Source of the DNA: Calcarisporiella thermophila CBS 279.70
Lineage: Eukaryota > Fungi > Calcarisporiellomycota
Reading direction: 5' to 3'
Assembly: GCF_041956535.1 (NCBI RefSeq)
Contig: NW_027192205.1
Span: 532,877-596,876, forward strand
DNA length: 64,000 bases
In this document: piece after piece, positions 25,590 through 39,572 of the stretch
How positions within the stretch are numbered: position 1 is the first letter of the stretch
How the letters are laid out: every line of letters starts with the position of its first letter
Position numbers and translations under genes: made by a program
The notes under the pieces: model-generated
Database searches by the model: none
Told to the model about the DNA's origin: nothing
Seen by the model: the letters and a program-made list of their open reading frames with translations, nothing else

Positions 25590-26931
25590 CTATGCTTCGT
25601 AGGGAGGCAGCGAGGCCGAAATAGGAAGCGCTATGGGGAGCTCACGTGCCGCGCTCCGGTAAGAAGGAATTCGCATTAACTCCTGTACATCGTACGGGAA
25701 GGGTTCCTCGCCGGTCTCCTCGGCATGCTCGGCAAAGGGTCTATTGGGGTGTTGACCGACTCTGTTCACGGGGCGCGGTTGGTGTTGCTCTGGCTGCTGA
25801 GTCGGCGCTTGTCCTTGCTCGCTCACTATAGCGTTTGCAAGACAATCGGCAAGCGCAGGGTCGTAAGGAAGGGTGTAGAAGCTTTCGTCGTAAGGGGGGA
25901 GGGAATGGATTTCGTCGCCCTTTCCACTCGATGTGATGATGATGGGCAGGGCCGCACGAAGTTCGGAGATGTGTCCGTCCGGATTAATCAGAGAGACGGT
26001 GAACTTCAGCTTGTGTTTGATCCGGATCAAGTCGTTTTGTGTGTCAATACACACTTGCGCAGGAGCGTGGGGGATGTCCACCACCTCGGTCTTCTCCCAC
26101 ACGGCATCGTCTGTGTCGCATGGAAAGGCGTCGTCCCGCACGTATTTTACAATGCGCCCATCCGTACGGTGGTGTCGGCCGTGCGCAGTAAGCGTGATGT
26201 ACTCCTTGATGGTACATGTGATATGCTTCACGCGCAAGCCCGGACTCAGCGGCTCCAGTCGAAAGACGACGGGGATGCGCTCACCCTCCCCATAGGCCTT
26301 GGCTGGGATCATGACCTCGTATACCAGCTTGTTCGCCCACTCGTTTGCTATGGTCATCGACTGAACGTATTCAAGAGCTGAAGGGAGCAGGATTCGAGTG
26401 ATGCGCACGGGCTGCTTGGCGGTGATGTTCAGTGCAAAGGTGGGCCGCTCGACCACCGCCTTGAGATGATACTGGACCGACGCCCCTTCGGCCCCTTCGA
26501 CGGTCTCCGGGAGAGAGCCGGGAAGAGGGAGTTCGAAGTCCCAGTGATAGTTATCGGGCATCAAATGGTGTTGTGTCTTCGCTGGGGGAAGGAAATCCCA
26601 CCAGTGATCTATGACGATGCGAGTCTCTTTGTGGAAGCGCTGGTGTCTCTCCACACCTAATTAGGGATGATGCCAAGAATTGAGTCAAGGTGAGCAATCA
26701 AGCAATCCGTCAGTTCATTGCCAAGCACTTACCATCACTCCATGAGACCTTCATTTTCCCCACAAACCGCATGCCGACACTTTTCACCTTGGTGGGCTCG
26801 GTAAGGCTGAGGACAAGCGTCCCCCGCAGGACGCACCCGGCCGCTTCCGCCGCATTGCCCCGGAAAACAAGGTGGGAATTCTCAACGCGGATTTGGAAAA
26901 GCGTCGCGGGAGTGAGACGTGGATGGACCAT
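25590..26931 (-). CDS. Alpha-arrestin (CreD/Rod1-like), 2 exons
   Basis: LRGTLVLSLTEPTKVK; LPGSLPETVEG; YHLKAVVERP; WANKLVYEV; IKHKLKFTVSLINPDGHISELRAALP; PY motifs LPPYD, PSY, LPPYE. Confidence 0.9.
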
Positions 26932-27355
26932 TTGGGGGGAGGAGAGAGGTTAGTTAGCACACGCACGAGAATGAGCTGAGGTTCTGTTAATGAATCGGAG
27001 GCTCGAATGATAATGATTTGATTGTGTTTTGCAGACCGTTGGTTTTGTTGTCAAAGAGGGAAATTCTAAATAATATATAGAAATGTAAAAATACATGGAT
27101 TCATGGTGAGAAAAATCCAGCCTATCGCCAATAGGAAAAGATCGGGGGCATCGGCCGTCAAAATAATACAATTGGCATGGATTTAACCATTGGTGCGCAA
27201 TTTTAAGAAAAAATAGAGCAAGATAAAACAAAGCAAAAAAAAGGTATTATTACACAAAACATTGAGCAACTCCAAAATGATTAAAACCATCTCATTTTGT
27301 CACTCCACTCCCCGCTCCCCCCGAGACCCCTTCGCCTGGCTCGCGCCGAAACCTA

Positions 27356-30300
27356 TTATACCTGGATGCGGCTTTGTCTGCCTCGCTCAGGGTCTCGAAG
27401 TCGGTGAACTCGCACGTCTGGCCCCGGCAACATGTTGCTTGCGTCTTGGGGGGTGATCAGGACGTACTGCACGGCATCCGATGCCCGTGCTGTCTCGATC
27501 AGCAGCTGCATGCCCAAACGCCGATTGACAGCATCCATAAATACGTCGAATTCGTCCAGACTATTGACAGGATGAAAATTGAGAAACAAGGAATTCTTCC
27601 AGGAATCTTGTGCCGCAGCACTCCCCCCACTTACCATCGAATGGGACAGCCCATGGCCTCCCAGAGGGCCATCAACAAACACACCGTGGAAAACGATTTT
27701 TCACCACCAGAAAGCGAGCGGGCATCCTTATCTGACTTGATATTCTCTCGTTGATCATCCGTTTTGATCTGTTCATTAATTCAGGAAATCGATTGAAGAC
27801 GACGGAAAAACTATTAAGGAATTTCTGCTTTTACCCTCAAGTCCAATCGCCGCTTGTCATGGTCAAACTTTAATCGGCCAGTGTACCCGCGATGCGAGAG
27901 CATGTACATGAAATTGGCCTTTGCACGCAGCGAAATGTACTTTCGAAAATCATCCCAGCGATCAAGTCGGATCTTGAGCGCCGCCGTAAGCTCAAGGGTA
28001 AAACGCTCCATACTTCGAATCTCCTCGGCCGCATCATTCACTACTTGGCGTTTCTCCTTGGCCTCCCGGATCACATCCTCAAGGCTACGTCCGATCCTAA
28101 TTTTTTTTTTAAAAAAACAAAATATGGTAAAGTAAAAAAATATTAAGTTATCTTACAATTATCTTCTAAGCAAAGCTTAGGATGGCGATGGAAGGAATTT
28201 AACAGAAAGTAGGCCTACCTTTTTTCTGCCTGCTTGATGCTCTCTTGAATACTCTTGATCTTTCGGTCGAGCTCGGCAGCCGTCCCTGAGGGCTCGACTC
28301 GCTCCGGGCAATATTTGATGGCGCCCTCGGTAAACTCCTTAAAGAAATAATCATTAAAAATAGAGATGTTACACAAAGAGGGAAAACAAGTGGTAGTGAA
28401 AGTATTGATACACGTACCCGAACAATCACACGTTTCTCTTGTACCTGAGCCTCCAGCTCCTCCAGCCGGGTGCGCTCCTCGAAAGCCTTCTGCTTGTAAT
28501 GCTCCAAGCTATTAATGGCTTTCACACGCTCCATTACCTTGGCCTCAAGCATTGTCTGAAGGGGAGATTGAAATTATTAAAAAATTAGAGGTATACTCGG
28601 CAGTTATTGATTCGGGACGGGATGGATAAAATACCCTTATTTCCTCGATTCCATTCTGACGCTCCTGAAGCTCCCTGTTGACGGCCTCAATTTGCACATG
28701 AATCACCTCCTTCTCCTCCTCGATGCGCTTCTTCGCCACAATCAGTTCTTTGAATTGCTTCTTTACCATGTCTATCTGACGCTCGGTTTCCTGTGCAGTT
28801 TTAATTGGGATGAGCTCGAGCACTAGTGTATTGCACACAAAAACTTTGATACATACCTGGTGAGCCTCTTGCAGTGCTGCAATGTTCGCGGGCTCATCCT
28901 CCTGCAACTCCTCTTGTAACTGTTGGACTTTTCGTCGGAGGCGATTGCTTTCCGCAGTCATTTGATTGACTCTCGTCTAAACCAATATTCAAACAGTTTA
29001 AATGTTCAAATGACTATACAAACGATCGAAAATGTAACCCGGACTTACATTAGCCATCTGTGCACGTCTCCTTAGTCCAGTATGCTCATCATTTAATTCT
29101 TTGGCTTGCCGGCGAAGCTCACGCAATTTTTCCTCCAAATTCCTCGCTGTTTCTTCATTGGCACTAACAGAATGCAGTATGATAAGTAAAATTGGTCTAT
29201 ACAGAGGCCTTAGTCCACAGATTGATTTAATGTGGTTACCGAATTTGTCCGTCCAAATCCCGCGCGAATCGAGGAGGCCCGCGGTATTTGTTCAGGGCTT
29301 GCGTCGAAAGACCAGTGCGAGCACCCACTTTGAACCCGTCGATGGTATAGCATGCGGACACATTGCGTGGTGCTCCGCGTCCATTGTTATACATAATTCG
29401 GTCTGCTTCGAATCGATCTTCCACCAGAATCACCTGCTCGACATTGTCACTGACAATGAGTTGGCGCTTAACAAATTCGTCTTCGAACTAGATTGCAAGA
29501 TAGGGGTGAGTTCACAATGGAAAAGAAATAATTTCGGGACAAATGAAGCAGAGATCGCGTACGTGCAAAACTCTCAGAACAGTCATATATTCTTTGTCTG
29601 GTTCGCCTTCAGAGTAATCAAAAATATCCTTGCGACTGATAAAAATAGGTGACTGACTAATAATTTAAAATAATATGAGTTGGATCGTCTAGAGCGATGT
29701 TGCATTCTTTCGTCTAAATTACCATCGGTATCTTCTCAAAATCCTCGTTAACAGATTTCTGTCCTCGTAGTTCGTTACCGCAAAAGCATTCAACATCCGT
29801 CCCAATATTATTTCCAAGGTATCTGCCCACTTCTCGTCTCGCAACTGGATGAACATACCGAAGGGGCCAATTGGTTTTTCACGCCATCTTTTTTCATTGT
29901 TGATGGCCTGTAGTACTTCGGGCATGGATTGGCCGAAAGCCTTAGTGCGATGGATCTTTTGCTCCTGCAGCTGGCTGATGCGTTCCCGGGATTCGCCCAA
30001 CTCGCGTTGTGTCTGGTTGATCTCCGTGTCAACTTCTTGCTTGCGTTTGAGCAGTTGTGCAGTTTCCTCTTCCAATTTTGCCTCTTGGCTTTTTTCTGAT
30101 TGGATATCTTCCTTCAACCGATCTATTTGAGAATCCAGCTGGGATATTTCTGCAAGCTTTTCTCCGCGTCGTTCGCGATTGCTGGCCTCGAGCTTTCGCA
30201 TTTCTTCCTCAATCTTAGTTGCATAATTGCTGGCCTGACGACGCAGAGAAGTGATTTGAGTGTTCATCTCGTTCTCCTCCATCTCCATTATAAAAACGAA

Positions 30301-32087
30301 TAAATCATTCAAATTTTACCATAGGAAATTGAACTTGAACAAAAAATATATACTTACCGTATACTCTGAGAGCTGAGTGATTTTTTGACGGTCCAACTCT
30401 TTAAGCTGTTTTTTCTTCTGGTTAAGCGGCGCAAGTAGATCGTGTCTCCGCCGGCCTTCCTCCTCTAACTCCACCATCGCAGTTTCCACTTCTTGAGCAA
30501 CAGCCTAATCATTGTAAAAGTAGAGATTAAAATACAAGCACTCTGAGTCTTTGCGTAGCACTAGAGACCTCCTGCTTCTCTCTCTGAAGTTCTGCGTGTC
30601 GAAATTTCTTTTGGGCCTCTAAACATTGCTTTTCTGTTGCTTCCAATGCCTACAGAATACAAATATGTTGAGTAAATTTCATCTCAAATCGCCTTGTTTT
30701 TTCAATACTGCTTTTCAAATTACATTCTCTTTCTCTTCTACTTGGGCCCAGCACATTTCATTCTTTAGAGTTTGCACCTGTAGCTCCAGATCTCTTGCCT
30801 TCGCCATTTGCTTGTATCGCTCTTCGGCCTCTTTAGCAGCATTGAGCATCTCCGGAAAAACCTGCAATATTTTAAAGCTTTCGAATAAAATCCTGATATA
30901 AAAGAGATAAATAATATGTTAGTTTTACCTCTTTTTTGCGTTTAATTCCCGCTTTAGTAATATCAATTGTTTGGCGTATAATTTCGTAATCCTCTGCAAG
31001 CTGTGCCAACTGAGTTCCTTTCAAAAAAAACTAATGCGAAAAAAAAAATGATTCAGAAGCCGGCCATAATCCTCGCTTTTATAATCAATCATCGTACCTT
31101 GTATTTGTCCTCTGGAGAGGACTGATGTAAGAATTGCTTTGCCGTGTCTTGACTGAGCACATTCAATGGGTTGTCGACTTGAATCGCAAAATGGTCACAA
31201 ATGGATACCAGTTCTTCGCGCTTCGTAGAGATTATAGTGTCATCGGCAGATTTGATTTTGTAACTGTTGGCACCATCACGAGATATACGGCGCTCTATAA
31301 CAATTTTATCACCATATTGCTGTGGGCGGTAAGCATCTTGACCACCATTTCTTAAAGTGAGAATTATGCGAGCAGAGCTGAGAATCATTTATAGAATTAG
31401 TTAGCCCTTTTATCACTATATGCGTTCATATTTCGAAACTTACTTAGCAGCATCATTAATCAGTGATTTCAAATTGGACGCACGATTCGTGACTGAAGCC
31501 TTCCCTCCAAGACAAACAGTTATTGCTGTTAAAATTGCACTTTTCCCACCTGTATGTAGGCAAGTATGCTCAATATTATATGGTTGCTATATAGTCTAAT
31601 TTGATCTCGTATACATACTTCCATTGTGACCAATAATAAAATTAATTTTGGGCCCAAGAGAGACTTTCAAGAATGCGTGACACATGAAATTATGAAGTTC
31701 TATAGAGTCGATCACACCCATCTCTGCCGTTTGCTGAGGGATCATATGTATTAAATATATTTGCAAAATTTCAAGCAATAAGGATCTACTCACTCCAATT
31801 TTCTTCTTGAGCATCTCGAGCCGCTGCACTTCATTTTGTAAAAAGTTACTATCCACAGGGATCTCATCTTCAATAATTTCCTCTTCGCGGTTATTCTTTG
31901 TGTCTATTTCTTGACGAACACGTTTAGGAGGCTAAAAGGGGAGAAAAATAAAAAAAAAATCAATCTATTGCGCAACATTTGCCCCACAATGCTTTCGATC
32001 TATTACTTGATCTTCATTTTCAAGTCCATAATGGTCGTCCTCTGATTCGCTTTCATTTCTAAGCTCTCGACGCCTTTTAGGAGTCAT
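27356..32087 (-). CDS. SMC6: Structural maintenance of chromosomes protein 6, many exons
   Basis: NFMCH..INFIIGHNGSGKSAILTA Walker A; IQVDNPLNVLSQD; hinge PIGPFG; LSGGEKSFSTVCLL signature; CPIRCLDEFDVFMD Walker B; LITPQD. Confidence 0.95.
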
Positions 32088-32815
32088 GCTAAAAATTCAG
32101 TAAGAGTTAAAGATACAAAACCAGACGCGATAATATGAGACTTAATTTGGGAAATTTTCAAAATGAAAGTCTCTAATGGGATATTGAGCGTGACTTCGAA
32201 AACACCGTTGATATTTTCGAAGCTTGTTAACTAAATACGAACCATATGCGCTACCCAAAGCATAAGCAGCTCTACGTTAATCCATGGTTAGACTTGTTAG
32301 ATTAATGCTTTTCTGGCAAAATACATCCTTTCTAATAGAACCTAAATTTTACCAGGCACTTAGAATTTGTTGAAGTGATGGTTATCACACGAAAAACGAG
32401 GGCGCCTATATGCTGAGGTGTCACTTTGAACTACAGATATGAAATGATGCTCTCGCACAGTAAAGCTGCTTAAATTAAAAAAAAATTGGAAGCGTCCCAG
32501 AAGGATTGAGCATATAAGGAGGCGGGAAAATAAAATATTTTTACTATCCGCTGGTGATCTTAGTACCCTCGAATTCAATCGATTCCATAGATGTAATCCA
32601 GTTTGGGTAGCGTTATTTCGTTTTCTCTAGACTCTGTTGTAGACCGATTTTTTTTCCTGCTTTTAAACAGGCCTCAATCTGGTACACAATCAGGTCCCTG
32701 CTAATTTTGGTTGCGTCACTTGGGATCAGCCTCCACATTTTATTCAAAGTGGCGGCAAATTCAGCTGCTCTCACTTTCAAACTATTTTACCTCTTGCTCA
32801 CCAACTGTCAAAAGG

Positions 32816-34418
32816 ATGTCAAGTATTGGTTTTATAGTGGGGAATAAATATCGCCTCGTACAAAACAGAAAACTTGGATCCGGTTCATTTGGTGATATTT
32901 ACCTTGGTAATTGGAGAGATGAGCTGAATTTCTATTGTGCGTGTCCCTCCTTTTTTGGCGTAATTAATTATCTCTCACATAGGTCTCAATGTGTTCAACG
33001 GCGAAGAATTGGCTATAAAGATCGAAAGTCTTCGTAGTAGACATCCACAGCTCGAGTACGAGTCACGAGTTTATAAATGCCTTGCTGGGGCACCTGGCTT
33101 TCCACGCATTTTCTGGTCTGGAATAGAAGGAAGTTACTACTGCCTTGCCATAGAATTGCTTGGTCCTTCTCTTGAGGCCCTCTTCAACTTTTGTGGGCGC
33201 AGATTTACTCTTAAGACGGTTCTAATGCTTGCAGATCAACTGGTAACACATATTTTCAAAGTAGATGAATTGTCAGGAATTAACCTCGCTATTAGATCAC
33301 GAGAGTAGAATACATGCATTCGAAATTCTTTTTGCACCGCGACATCAAGCCAGATAATTTTCTCATGGGAACTGGAAAACATAGTAACCAAGTGCACATT
33401 ATTGACTTTGGACTCTCAAAACGTTATCGTGATCCGAAAACAGGGCTTCACATTCCATATCGTGAAAACAAAAGTTTGACAGGAACCGCTCGATACGCAA
33501 GTATCAATACACATCTTGGGGCAGGTAACGTATCCATAGGCTATCGCTTTAATTTATTGGCGACCAACCTTTCCTATTAGAACAATCTCGGCGCGATGAT
33601 TTGGAATCGCTGGGCTATGTTCTGATATACTTTTTGCGCCAACTCCCGTGGCAAGGATTAAAGGCGAATACAAAAAAACAAAAGTACGAGCGAATCATGG
33701 AAATAAAGATGATTACGCCTGAAAAATTGTGTATGGGATTACCCAAGGAATTTTGTTGCTATCTCAATTACATCCGATCGCTCCGCTTTGATGACAAGCC
33801 TGACTATAATTACATACGAAAGTTGTTCCAAGACTTGTATATTCGCGAAGGGTATCCACACGATAACATATTCGATTGGACTGTTGTGAGAATGGTAATT
33901 ATTTCTATTGAGTGCAACTTAGCATAATTGAGTGATCATTCTTAATGAATATTCCAGGAAAAGGATAGGTTAATCCCGAGACCTATTGGAATATCATCAC
34001 CCTGTCCCGATAGCATGTTGGTGAATGGTCAGCACACTGAAGGTAGCATCAGCCAAAGAGCTGTTGCTTCCCACTCTCATGGCATGTCAACCAAAAATCC
34101 ACTACCACCCACCATCTTAACTCCATACCAGTCAACTGAAAATCTGCTCCCCCAATCCCCCCAGCCACGACAATATGCTCCTCAGCCTCTTCCTATCAAT
34201 ATCGTAGGTAATATCAAGCCTGCACCGAAGCTTCAGCCCAGTCCGGTGGAGGTTGCCGCAATGGATGGGGACACTAGGTATGTCGCTTCGGATCAAATGT
34301 ACGCATAACTTTACCAGTCTTGCTTTCTCCTGGCCCGTATTGACTTAACATTTCTCTAAGTTTTCTTAGCTATGCAGAGCCTCAGAATGCAATGAAATCA
34401 CATCTTTTTCGCCGCTAG
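32816..34418 (+). CDS. Casein kinase I (Hrr25/Hhp1-type), multi-exon; last exon tentative
   Basis: [68 protein letters not shown]; no C-terminal Cys-Cys. Confidence 0.93.
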
Positions 34419-34659
34419 ACGTTAAACTTGTATTTTATTCACGAACATTAAGGAGTCTTGTAAATAGGATTTGGGGAATGTAACTTCATGCTGGTTCTGT
34501 ATTGTATGTTTAGTTGTTCTGTTGCTGAAGCAAAAAATGTATTTATATTTGTGAAATATAATGATGAATCACTCCAATCATGTCTCCAAGCTAGAAGGGA
34601 TTTGAAATAATCTAAATTCGTTATTTATTCTATTTTTTAACCCTTCATATGAAGGGCCA

Positions 34660-35709
34660 TTAGTTGCCTTGCATCTGCCTCTTTACCTCCTCCACAAAAT
34701 TGTTTTCCTTTTTCTCGATCCCCTCCCCTTTCTCCCACCGTACAAAGTCCAGTACCTCGATTTCAACTCCTTCCTGCGCACTTGTGCTAGCGACAATCTC
34801 CTGCACTGATCCGCCACCAAGCAGATAGTCCTGTCGCAGTAGAACCGAGGAGGACAAGTATTCTTCTTTACTCACTCCATCGGGAATAATGGCATCCTCA
34901 TCACGTACGCATTTTGGATTGAATCCTACCACTTGTCTGGCCAGATTGCGAGCCAATTTTTTGATAGTGTCGGAGGGAGAATGGGTGGTATTTTTCAAAC
35001 CAAGTACTACGAGACTTCCGATGTTACCAGTAGACTGGTCGCCGCCATGTGCGTATACACCTGACACGATTTTTCTATCTTGTGTGGATGTTTTAGCCAC
35101 TGCTGCTCGGCGGAGCGTTATTTTCTCGCCAAGTCGTCCTACTGTTTCTGCCATGCCTTCAGAGACCGACAAAGATTCCGGAATTTCTGTCGAATTTGGG
35201 TGAGGAAGGATGGGAGCGGTTAGGAGTGTATCCACAGGCAACTCTGCAATATAGCGCCTTGTCATGATGGAGGGCTCTTCGGAAGCAAACAGGGCAGTTG
35301 AACTGATCTGGGTGACTAGCTTTTTGAATACTTCATTTCGGGAGACGAAATCGGTCTCGCAATTCACCTCTACGATGGCACCCCTCGAGCCTTCAGGTCC
35401 TTCCGCAACCACAACGCCAACTAGGCCTTCACCGGCAACACGGCCACTCACCTTTTCTGCTTTTTTCGCTCCGCTAAGCTTCATGTCTTCTTGTAGCCAG
35501 GCCAAAGCCCTTTCGTAGTCATTATCGTTTTTCACAAGAGCTTCCTTTGCTTTTGTCATGGACACTTCAGTTTCCTGCCGCAACTTGGACAAAAGCTTGA
35601 GATTGGGTTTTAAAGTATTGGTCTGCTGGGATAGTAATGTGGGACATGCGCTAAAACAGCGGACATGATGGGAGGTTATTCTGGGTAACTGAGGAAGGAT
35701 CCGTAGCAT
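34660..35709 (-). CDS. TSF1: Mitochondrial elongation factor Ts, intronless
   Basis: Arg-rich presequence; KLRQETEVSMTKAKEAL UBA-like region; GRVAGEGLV; EVNCETDFVSRN; LGEKITLRR; DFVRWEKGEG. Confidence 0.94.
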   Translation of the reverse strand: MLRILPQLPRITSHHVRCFSACPTLLSQQTNTLKPNLKLLSKLRQETEVSMTKAKEALVKNDNDYERALAWLQEDMKLSGAKKAEKVSGRVAGEGLVGVVVAEGPEGSRGAIVEVNCETDFVSRNEVFKKLVTQISSTALFASEEPSIMTRRYIAELPVDTLLTAPILPHPNSTEIPESLSVSEGMAETVGRLGEKITLRRAAVAKTSTQDRKIVSGVYAHGGDQSTGNIGSLVVLGLKNTTHSPSDTIKKLARNLARQVVGFNPKCVRDEDAIIPDGVSKEEYLSSSVLLRQDYLLGGGSVQEIVASTSAQEGVEIEVLDFVRWEKGEGIEKKENNFVEEVKRQMQGN

Positions 35710-36094
35710 AATTTCTTTTTATTACTATTTAATATTAAATTTGATTTGTTTTCTTTGGAGCCGAGAACACTTTTAAGAGAGACTGGCTGCGCCTCTACAT
35801 CCTTGCTGCTCGCGTTATCCCCGACAGATATTCTTTAGTTTTTTCATCGCTTGACACCTCCATTACGCGAACCAGTTTTTAATTTAAAACTAATAAGGTG
35901 AATTTTAGAAAACATTATTGTTGGATGATCAATATGGTTGCCTTCTCTGTAAGAGATATTAACTTATTTCTCTTCTTTTTTACTGCTTGACACTAGACAC
36001 ATCTGCATCCAAGCCTTCATTGTGAGGCAAGAAAGCTCTCATAGTTCTCAAACATACAAAGCCATCAATCGTTGTCGTGGATTAACACACTACG

Positions 36095-39000
36095 ATGAAT
36101 TACATGAAGAAAGACGAAGATGGAGGTATAACTTTCACCACAACCATAATTCATCTATAGATTTAGAGATAAAATTTAATAATTATATTAATGTTTAAAT
36201 TAAATTGACAGGTGATGTGGGTATCTTTTATCATCTTGATAAAACTACCGTCCTGCAAGAGGCTCGTGTATTCAATGAATCACCTATTAATCCAAGAAAA
36301 TGCCGCCTTCTCCTTACCAAAGTGCTCTACCTCTTCTCCCTTGGAGAGACTTTTGCGACCATGGAGGCGACTGAATTGTTCTTCGGGGTGACGAAGCTTT
36401 TTCAATCGAAGGATGTGAGTAAATTGTCTTAATTCTATCACAAAATATAGATTGATATGTTAATTATGATGGGCCTTATTTCTAATTATTTTCTTTAACC
36501 AGATCGCTTTGCGACAAATGGTGTACCTCATTATAAAAGAACTCTCGACTATTTCAGAGGATGTTATTATGGTACGCAATAGTTTGATGAAGGATATGCA
36601 AGCAAAGTCAGATGTCGTGTATCGTTCGAACGCCATTCGCGCTCTTTGTAAAATCACTGATGTAAGTTTTATTTTCTTTCACTTCTTTCATTTTTTAATA
36701 CTAAAGTCGCCTATTATTATTGTTATTCAGGCTCCCATGTTCCAAGGTGTCGAGCGTTTCCTCAAAGCTGCTATTGTTGAAAAATCAACCGCCGTGTCCT
36801 CTGCTGCTATACTTTTTAGCTATCACCTCTTTCCAATTGCTAAGGACGTAATTCGGCGCTGGGCTAACGAAGTCCAGGAAGCAGTGAATGCTGGAAGGTC
36901 TGGGTTCACCGCGGCTGCTTCTGCTTATATGTCTTCTTTCGGTGGAGGAAGTACTCAAGTTGTCACTTCCACAAGCAATATCACGCAGTACCACGCCCTT
37001 GGGCTCCTTTACTTGATCAAACAGCACGATAGAATGGCAGTAATTAAAATGATTCAATCTCTGACAGGTCAGAGCAAAGGGAGTTTCGGTTCCGGCTCAG
37101 GCGCAGTGCTGAAAAACCCCTTTGCACTCTGCCTGATCATACGGTACGCCGCCAAAGTTATAGAGGAGGACCCTCGCGTTGCGAAGCAAATGTACGATAT
37201 GCTAGAAGGATTTTTACGTCATAAAAGCGATATGGTAAATTTGGAAGCTGCGCGTGTCATATGCCGTATGTCAGACATTACAGGAAAGGAGTTATATCCA
37301 GCAATCTCAGGTAGCCCCGTCATTTGGATCATGCTTACTTCTTTGTACCTTATTATTAACCCTTGTGCCTTTTCAAACCAGTTTTACAGTTGTTCCTATC
37401 TTCACCCAAACCTACCCTACGTTTTGCAGCTATCCGCACTTTAAATAAGTTGTCAATGACGCACCCATCTGCTGTTTCTCCTTGTAACTTAGACATGGAA
37501 AACCTGATCACGGACAGCAACCGTAGCATTGCCACTTTTGCTATCACCACGTTACTTAAGGTACTACTTATTTCTATCTCTATTATAGTATTTTGCATGT
37601 TTAATTTTTTCTGAATTTTTCTTTAGACTGGCAATGAAGCTAGTGTTGACCGTCTCATGAAGCAAATATCCGGATTTATGTCCGAAATTTCAGACGAATT
37701 CAAAGTCATTGTCGTGGAAGCGGTACGATCGCTCTGCCTAAAATTCCCACAGAAACAAACCATCATGCTCAACTTCTTGAGTGGGGTGCTTCGAGACGAG
37801 GGTGGCTATGAGTTTAAGAAAGCTGTGGTAGAGGCGATGTTTGATCTCGTGAGGTTTATTCCGGAATGCAAAGAGGCCGCACTTGCACACCTTTGTGAAT
37901 TTATTGAGGATTGTGAGTTTACAAAGCTGAGTGTACGAGTCCTGCATCTCCTGGGAGAAATGGGCCCAAAATCAGCGAAGCCGACCAATTTTATCAGATA
38001 TATCTATAACCGTGTTATTCTGGAGAATTCCATTGTGCGCGCTGCGGCTGTGAGTGCCTTGGCGAAATTTGGAATCGACTGCGAAGATGAAGGAGTAAAG
38101 AAAAGTGTGCACGTGCTTCTGACTCGGTAAGATTGCATCCTCATATTTTTAAATTGGGGGGCAGGAGGATCTTTGTCTTGCTCAACATACTTTTCTCCTA
38201 TTTTTAGGTGTCTCGACGACCATGACGATGAAGTCCGTGATAGAGCCACTTTCTTCCTTCAGATTATGAATAAAGGAGAGGGTGCGAAGAAATATGTTAG
38301 TGATGGTAATTATTGACTTGGCAATTTATATGCTACTTGAGTACGAAGATTAGATATATAATTTTATTTCTGGCGTTAGATTCCACGTATGCCTTGGCCA
38401 CTCTTGAACGCCAGCTCGTGAATTATTGCAATAATCCTTCCGACGCTCCTTTCGATATCTCCAATATCCCGAGAATCTCCAAGGCACAGGAAGAAGCAGA
38501 ACGCCTACAGGCCAAGAATGCTGAAATGACCCAAACGCTTGGCATTCCCTCGGCAACGGCTCCCAGTGCTCCAGGAGCGGGTGCAGCTTTACCAAACGCT
38601 ACTCCTGCAGCGCGTGGCCCTTCACCCGCGCCAGTACTCGACCAGCGCGAGGTCTATGCTACTCAACTCGAGAAAATTGCTCAATTTGCTACCTATGGAC
38701 AGCTATTCAAAAGCTCACTCAAACCAGTGGAGCTCACCGAGAGTGAGACTGAGTATGTCGTAACATGTGTTAAGCATTGCTTCCCCGAACATATTGTATT
38801 CCAGGTAGGCGAGTGCTTTATAAAAAGAAGACTTTGCTTCGTTGCTAACTTGATTACACTTAGTTTAACATCACCAATACTTTGCAAGACAATATCTTGG
38901 AAAACGTTTACGTGGTAATGCAGCCTGAGAGCGAGGAGTGTGGCTTAGAGGAGGAAGTAAGCATCCCGGCAGAGAGTATTGCCTATGATCAAACAGGAGT

Positions 39001-39572
39001 AGCCTATGTTGCGTATAAGCGGATGGAGGAGTATCCCTTAGGTGAGGATTATATCCGGTAATATCTGGAATCGACAACAAAATGGACTGACCTACTTTTT
39101 ATTTCTAGCTTCGTTTACCAATACTCTTAAATTCATTATTAAAGAGTGTGACCCTTCATCCGGCGAGCCTGAGGAGGATGGCTATGAGGATGAATATCAA
39201 GTCGAAGAGATTGAACTACTTACCGGTGATTACATGCAACCCACCTTTGAGCGTAACTTTGCATCTGCTTGGCAACAACTCGGCTTTGAGGTCGTCGAAG
39301 CATTCGCACTAGATCCTGAGCGGGCGAATAATCTGCGGGCTGCATGCTCCTCCCTAATCGAGCTGTTGGGAATGCAGCCATTGGAGGATACAGCTAATCC
39401 GAAATCGAATACTGTGCACACCCTGCTATTGGCGGGTGTGTTGATGGGTGGCGGACGAGTACTTGCAAGATGCCGTATGACATATACATCGGATGAGGGA
39501 GTCGCTATAGAATTGACCGTGCGCAGCGAGAGTGAGGCAACGAGTGCGGTGGTAATCGGAGCAATTGCATAA
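36095..39572 (+). CDS. SEC21: Coatomer subunit gamma, multi-exon
   Basis: [72 protein letters not shown]. Confidence 0.96.
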
